In this document: positions 6,962 to 10,572 of the stretch, one piece after another
Layout of the letters: every line of letters starts with the position of its first letter
Numbering within the stretch: the stretch's first letter is position 1
DNA from: Myxococcales bacterium
GTDB taxonomy: Bacteria; Desulfobacterota; Binatia; HRBIN30
Assembly: GCA_037445065.1 (NCBI GenBank)
Contig: JBBILD010000038.1
Location: forward strand, 1 to 10,572
Direction of reading: 5' to 3'
Length of the DNA stretch: 10,572 nt
Program-made: the position numbers and the translations under genes
The notes under the pieces: generated by a model
The model's database searches: none
What the model saw: only the letters and a program-made list of their open reading frames with translations
What the model was told of the DNA's origin: nothing

Positions 6962-8161
6962 ATGCGCGCGACAATTTTAGCTGTCGCAGGTGCGTTCGTG
7001 CTGATGGGGTTCGTGGGCGGGGTGATCGCAGAGACCCACGAGGAGCGACTTCAGCGCCTGGAGCAGAAGCTGCGAGACTACGAGCGGGTGGGACGCGAAC
7101 TCCGGGAGGAAATGGAACTTCTGAACGCACCGGAAGCACCCTCCGGGGTCGCCCAGAAGCCCGATACCGCTCCCCCGTTCGAGGTCCGGATCGGAAGAGG
7201 AGTCGCGACGATCGGCGGTCTCCTGCAGGTCTGGGGTCTCCACAGCGAGCTCGGTCCTGACGACTTCCTCCTCCGTCGGTCCGAACTCAACCTAAAGGGC
7301 TCGATCATCGACTGGTTCGGATACACGGTAATGATCGATCCGGCGAAGACGCTGAGCAAGAACAAGACGATCCTGGTGGGCACCGAAGCCGTCACCCTTT
7401 CCCAACCCAAGAGCGACGCGAAGATTCTCCAGGACCTGTTCGTGACCTTGAAGCTCGTCTCCCACCACACGATCGATGTGGGACAGAAAAAAATCCCCAT
7501 AAGCATGGAGGGTCTCGAGTCTTCGGCGGAACTGGATTTTCCGGAACGGGCGATCGTGAGCGGGGCCACGTTCCAGGGCCACAGGGGGTTCGGGGACTTC
7601 CGGGAGCCGGGAATCCAACTGAACGGGGAATGGCCGCACGTGTCCTACACGGTCGGGGTGTTCAACGGCGAGGGGCCGAACGCGTCGGACAAGAACGACC
7701 GTAAAGACATCGCCGAGCGAGTGGTCGTGAGACCCTTCCCGTGGCTTCATCTGGGCGGGTCGCGCTACGACGGCTGGCTGGGTCCTCAGAAAATCCGAAA
7801 GAACCGGACCGGTGGTGAGTTCAAGCTGGCCTACGAGCCGATCTTCCTGAAAGGGGAGTATATCCGGGCCTACGATGGTCCCGTGGCGAAAGAAGGGTGG
7901 TACGTATCGGCGGGCTACCGCTTCGGAGGCCTGCGGGTGGGTCGGGTGCGGTTCGACCTCCAGCCGGCCGTGCGCTGGGAAGGCTTCGATCCAGACCGCG
8001 ACGTGGGCGAGAACTCGATCTCCGGGCCCACTGTCGGGGTGAGTCTCCTCTTCGACGAGTACTACGCCAAGATCCAGGGAAGCTATAGCCACTTCGAAGT
8101 CCGTGGTGCAGGAAGGGAAGACGAGGATCTGCTGACTGCGGCTTTCCAAGTGGCGTTTTGA
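6962..8161 (+). CDS. Outer-membrane porin, OprO/OprP (phosphate/anion-selective)-like, with N-terminal coiled coil
   Basis: GGGAG RBS then ATG 6962. Sec signal MRATILAVAGAFVLMGFVGGVIA and coiled coil EERLQRLEQKLRDYE. Motifs FLLRRSELNLKG, VGQKKIPISMEGLESSAELDFPER and YTVGVFNGEG.N..D.ND.KD...R. Alternating beta-strands end in a terminal Phe (AAFQVAF), the BAM signal. Confidence 0.85.
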   Translation: MRATILAVAGAFVLMGFVGGVIAETHEERLQRLEQKLRDYERVGRELREEMELLNAPEAPSGVAQKPDTAPPFEVRIGRGVATIGGLLQVWGLHSELGPDDFLLRRSELNLKGSIIDWFGYTVMIDPAKTLSKNKTILVGTEAVTLSQPKSDAKILQDLFVTLKLVSHHTIDVGQKKIPISMEGLESSAELDFPERAIVSGATFQGHRGFGDFREPGIQLNGEWPHVSYTVGVFNGEGPNASDKNDRKDIAERVVVRPFPWLHLGGSRYDGWLGPQKIRKNRTGGEFKLAYEPIFLKGEYIRAYDGPVAKEGWYVSAGYRFGGLRVGRVRFDLQPAVRWEGFDPDRDVGENSISGPTVGVSLLFDEYYAKIQGSYSHFEVRGAGREDEDLLTAAFQVAF

Positions 8162-8509
8162 TTCCCGGGCCTCGGGCTCGAGCCGTTTCGGCGAGGGAGG
8201 AACGGGTGGTCAGGAAGCCGCCGCCGAGAAGGCCTTTCCCGCGTCGGGGCAAACCTTTTCGGGAGACCGGCGGCTGTATCGGTCGGAGGCACTTCTGTTT
8301 CCGATGGGTCCGGAAGGAGCCGGGCGACCCGGTCGCCGCACGGGGCCCGGCTCGCGAGATGCTCGCGACGGAGCGGATAATCATTCTGGCCGCGTTTTCG
8401 TGAAGCTTGATGTCCAAGCGGCCTCGCAAGTGGCTTGTTGCCAACATGGTCTAGGAGGGCTGCGCGGAGAAGATCAGCGCTGGGTTGGGTCTGCTCGCCC
8501 CTGAAGACG

Positions 8510-8805
8510 TTGTAAGGGCGGGCCTTGTGCCTGCCCGTGTTTCAGATCGAACCGGATGCCCCATCGCGTCGGCCGCGCCATGCCACGGCCGTCGCACCCC
8601 GGCATCTTGCCGGCGGCGCGCCTGCACGATCGGAACAGCGCGCCAATGGTGCCGCGGGCGGCGACAAGGGCCGCCCCTACACCCTCTCGGATGTGGCGCC
8701 GGTGCCAGGTGCCGGTCACAGGTTCCATTCGCCATTCGCTACTTACCGCTCGCCGCCCGCCATCCGCGAATCGCAGCGCGGGCGGCCACAAGGGTCGCGC
8801 CGACA
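8510..8805. repeat. REP/BIME-like cluster B (inverted homologue of cluster A)
   Basis: GTAAGGGCGGGCCTTGTGCCTGCCC 8512-8536 (+); GTAGGGGCGGCCCTTGTCGCCGCCC 8656-8680 (-); GTCGGCGCGACCCTTGTGGCCGCCC 8780-8804 (-); heptamer run 8725-8762. Confidence 0.85.
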
Positions 8806-9711
8806 TCACTGCGATCCGCTGCCGAGCTTGCGGCAGGCGCGCAGCTTGGCACTGGCAGCGCGTGGATTGGCTTCGACTTCGGCTGGGCTCGGCCGCACGG
8901 GCTTGCGGGTGAGCACTTCCACCAAGCCGCGCTGGGCGCCATCGCGGAAGAAGTGTTTCACGATCCGATCTTCGAGCGAGTGGAATGAAATCACCACTAG
9001 GCGGCCATCGGGAGCAAGGCAGCGTAGCGCTTGGGGCAGAGCGGTGTGCAGGGCGCTGAGTTCGTCGTTCACGGCGATCCGCAAAGCCTGGAAGATGCGC
9101 GCCGCGGAGCGTGCTGCCTGCCAGCGCACCGGCTTCGGTAGAGAGGCTTCGATGACGTCGTACAGTTCGCGAGTGGTGCGCACCGGGCGCGCCTCGGTAA
9201 TGCGCTGGGCGATCCGGCGGGCGTAGCGCTCCTCGCCCCATTGGGAAAACATGCGGGCGAGCTCGCTAGCCGCGAGGGTGTTTAACAACTCAGCGGCGGT
9301 TGCTTGCGTGCCAGGGGAGAAACGCATGTCGAGCGGTTCGTCACGCTGGAACGAAAAGCCGCGGCCGCTGCGGTCGAGGTGATAGGAACTCAGCCCGAGA
9401 TCGAACAAAACGCCCGCGAAGGAGGGAAACCCATGATCGCGCGCCACCTCTTCGAGCTGGGAAAAGCTCGCGCAAACCAGAACCACCCGGCCTTGCTCGA
9501 TTTCGCGTGCGAAGCGCGCCCGCGCCTGGTCGAGCATCGCACCATCGCGGTCGAGTCCGAGCAGGCGCCCGCCGGGTTCGATGGCCTGTAGGATCCGTGC
9601 CGCGTGCCCACCTCCGTCAACGGTCGCGTCGAGGTACGGAAGGCCAGGCCTGGGGGCGAGGAAGTCGAGGACCTCGCGCACCAAAACCGGTATGTGTACC
9701 TGCTCGCTCAC
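8806..9711 (-). CDS. rsmH: 16S rRNA (cytosine(1402)-N(4))-methyltransferase RsmH (MraW)
   Basis: HIPVLVREVL, DATVDGGGHA, LLGLDRD, GVLFDLGLSS..LD...RGFSF..D.PLDMR, WGEERYARRIA, FQALRIAVNDEL, GRLVVISFHSLEDRIVKHFF, NPRAASAKLR. Confidence 0.97.
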   Translation of the reverse strand: MSEQVHIPVLVREVLDFLAPRPGLPYLDATVDGGGHAARILQAIEPGGRLLGLDRDGAMLDQARARFAREIEQGRVVLVCASFSQLEEVARDHGFPSFAGVLFDLGLSSYHLDRSGRGFSFQRDEPLDMRFSPGTQATAAELLNTLAASELARMFSQWGEERYARRIAQRITEARPVRTTRELYDVIEASLPKPVRWQAARSAARIFQALRIAVNDELSALHTALPQALRCLAPDGRLVVISFHSLEDRIVKHFFRDGAQRGLVEVLTRKPVRPSPAEVEANPRAASAKLRACRKLGSGSQ

Positions 9712-10460
9712 CGTAGAGGAGGCTGGGTCGCGCCGACCACCTGCAACACTTCGTCCATGGACAGCGCCCTGGGATAGATCTGAACGCCGCGGATGCGGCT
9801 ACGCGCACCGGGGGCACCATCGGGATGGTCGGAGCCAATGTACCACGGAGTTCCCGGCGGAATGACGATTTCACCGGTGTACTCGCGCGATCCGGCAGGT
9901 GCTCCATCTATATACAAGCTTGCCACGCCATCCCCCCACGTAGCGGTCACCGCGTGCCACTCGTCCGGCTTCCAGTGCAAGATGTTCACGCCTACCCCGC
10001 TCTCCACACCTTCGTCGGTGGCCAGCAAGAAGCGTAAGAAGGGACCGTTTTTGAAGATCTGGATGCGATTTTCGAAGGAGTGCGTTCGCCACTGGAAATA
10101 AGCTGCGTTGCTTTCCGCCTCACCGGTCCAAGCCGGCTGAACCCAAAACGACACCGTGCCGGCGAAGCTGGGCAGGTCGGGCGGGGGCACCACGACAAAG
10201 CGCGCCAGCGGCCCGAAAAACGCCCCCAGGTCGTCGTAGGTCACATCCTCGGCGGCAGCTGGGGCGAGGCCGTTGGATTCCGTTTTGCCTTGCGCTAGCG
10301 GCAGCGACGCAACTGCCCCGAGGCTTTGCGCCACGGCGTCTTCCGCGCTGAGAGTCTCTGTCCCTGCGGCGCTTGCCTCTTCGCTGACCGCCGCCGGTTC
10401 CGCGGCTGTGTCGCGCCGCGGCCCGCCGGCAGCGAGCGGCGCCGCAGCCGGCTGATCCCC
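9708..10460 (-). CDS. LamG-like jellyroll (concanavalin A-like) domain protein, apparently 5'-truncated
   Basis: GTVSFWVQP...WHAVTATW...ASLYIDG...WYIGS...IRGVQIYPRALS.DEV is a Laminin_G_3-type pattern, preceded by an Ala/Glu/Pro-rich linker. Its stop overlaps the rsmH GTG (GTGA 9708-9711). The ORF-track N-terminus (10461-10565) is the antisense of an mtaB-like fragment, so the true start is missing. Confidence 0.8.
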   Translation of the reverse strand, partial: GDQPAAAPLAAGGPRRDTAAEPAAVSEEASAAGTETLSAEDAVAQSLGAVASLPLAQGKTESNGLAPAAAEDVTYDDLGAFFGPLARFVVVPPPDLPSFAGTVSFWVQPAWTGEAESNAAYFQWRTHSFENRIQIFKNGPFLRFLLATDEGVESGVGVNILHWKPDEWHAVTATWGDGVASLYIDGAPAGSREYTGEIVIPPGTPWYIGSDHPDGAPGARSRIRGVQIYPRALSMDEVLQVVGATQPPLR

Positions 10461-10572
10461 CACAGCGCGCGGGCCTGCGCGTAGTCTGCCCGCGGAGAAA
10501 GTCCTGGAACAGGTGCGGCTGCTGCGGGAGCGCGGTTTCCGCGAGATCGTACTCACCGGCATCAACCTGGGG
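10459..10572 (+). other. mtaB: Internal fragment of a MiaB-family radical-SAM tRNA methylthiotransferase (MtaB-like), joined at a sharp junction and running off the window end
   Basis: My translation of frame +1 is PTARGPARSLPAEKVLEQVRLLRERGFREIVLTGINLG, matching the methylthiotransferase segment right after the CxxxCxxC motif (IP.ARG..RS......E.VLTGINLG). It is preceded by an in-frame TGA (10453-10455) and has no start or N-terminal domain. Confidence 0.8.

Noticed and set aside
8244..8275. c-di-GMP-I riboswitch-like GGGCAAACC
   Set aside because: There is no GAAA tetraloop stem followed by GACGCAAAGC, and no downstream gene to control.
8306..8322. SRP (4.5S) RNA-like GGTCCGGAAGGAGC
   Set aside because: It lacks the conserved CAGG...AAGCAG internal-loop pairing and the long enclosing helix.
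8158..9241. ORFs across the right repeat cluster and overlapping rsmH (e.g. 8158-8403, 8485-8988, 8474-9241)
   Set aside because: They are Arg/Pro/Ala-rich shadow frames typical of high-GC DNA, overlapping REPs or rsmH.
10461..10565. N-terminus of the 285-aa LamG ORF as given in the ORF track
   Set aside because: It is the antisense of the mtaB-like coding fragment, not a real start region.

Overview
GC-rich bacterial window, probably from a diderm given the outer-membrane porin. From left to right: (1) the 3' part of a surface protein with FG-GAP repeats, a Thr/Pro/Ser linker, a choice-of-anchor-U-like domain and a C-terminal membrane anchor; (2) a mosaic of GTAG-type REP palindromes and heptamer repeats; (3) an AT-richer control region with a well-spaced sigma54 (-24/-12) promoter; (4) a four-gene operon encoding a Tat-exported 4x[4Fe-4S] subunit, an NrfD/PsrC membrane anchor, a Tat-exported DMSO-reductase-family molybdo/tungstoenzyme (B-C-A order) and an OprO/OprP-like porin; (5) a hairpin-rich 3' region and a second REP mosaic that is an inverted, reshuffled homologue of the first; (6) a convergent rsmH outside the dcw cluster, overlapping the stop codon of a LamG-domain gene; (7) an abrupt junction near 10455-10461 to an internal mtaB-like fragment on the opposite strand. 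The best candidate for an undescribed system is the sigma54-driven oxyanion/sulfur oxidoreductase plus porin cassette. Its catalytic subunit has a non-canonical Fe-S motif (CCNMCGGQT) and mixed Psr/Arr/Ttr signatures, and inverted REP mosaics bracket the cassette. Family assignments come from motif recognition only; no searches were run.
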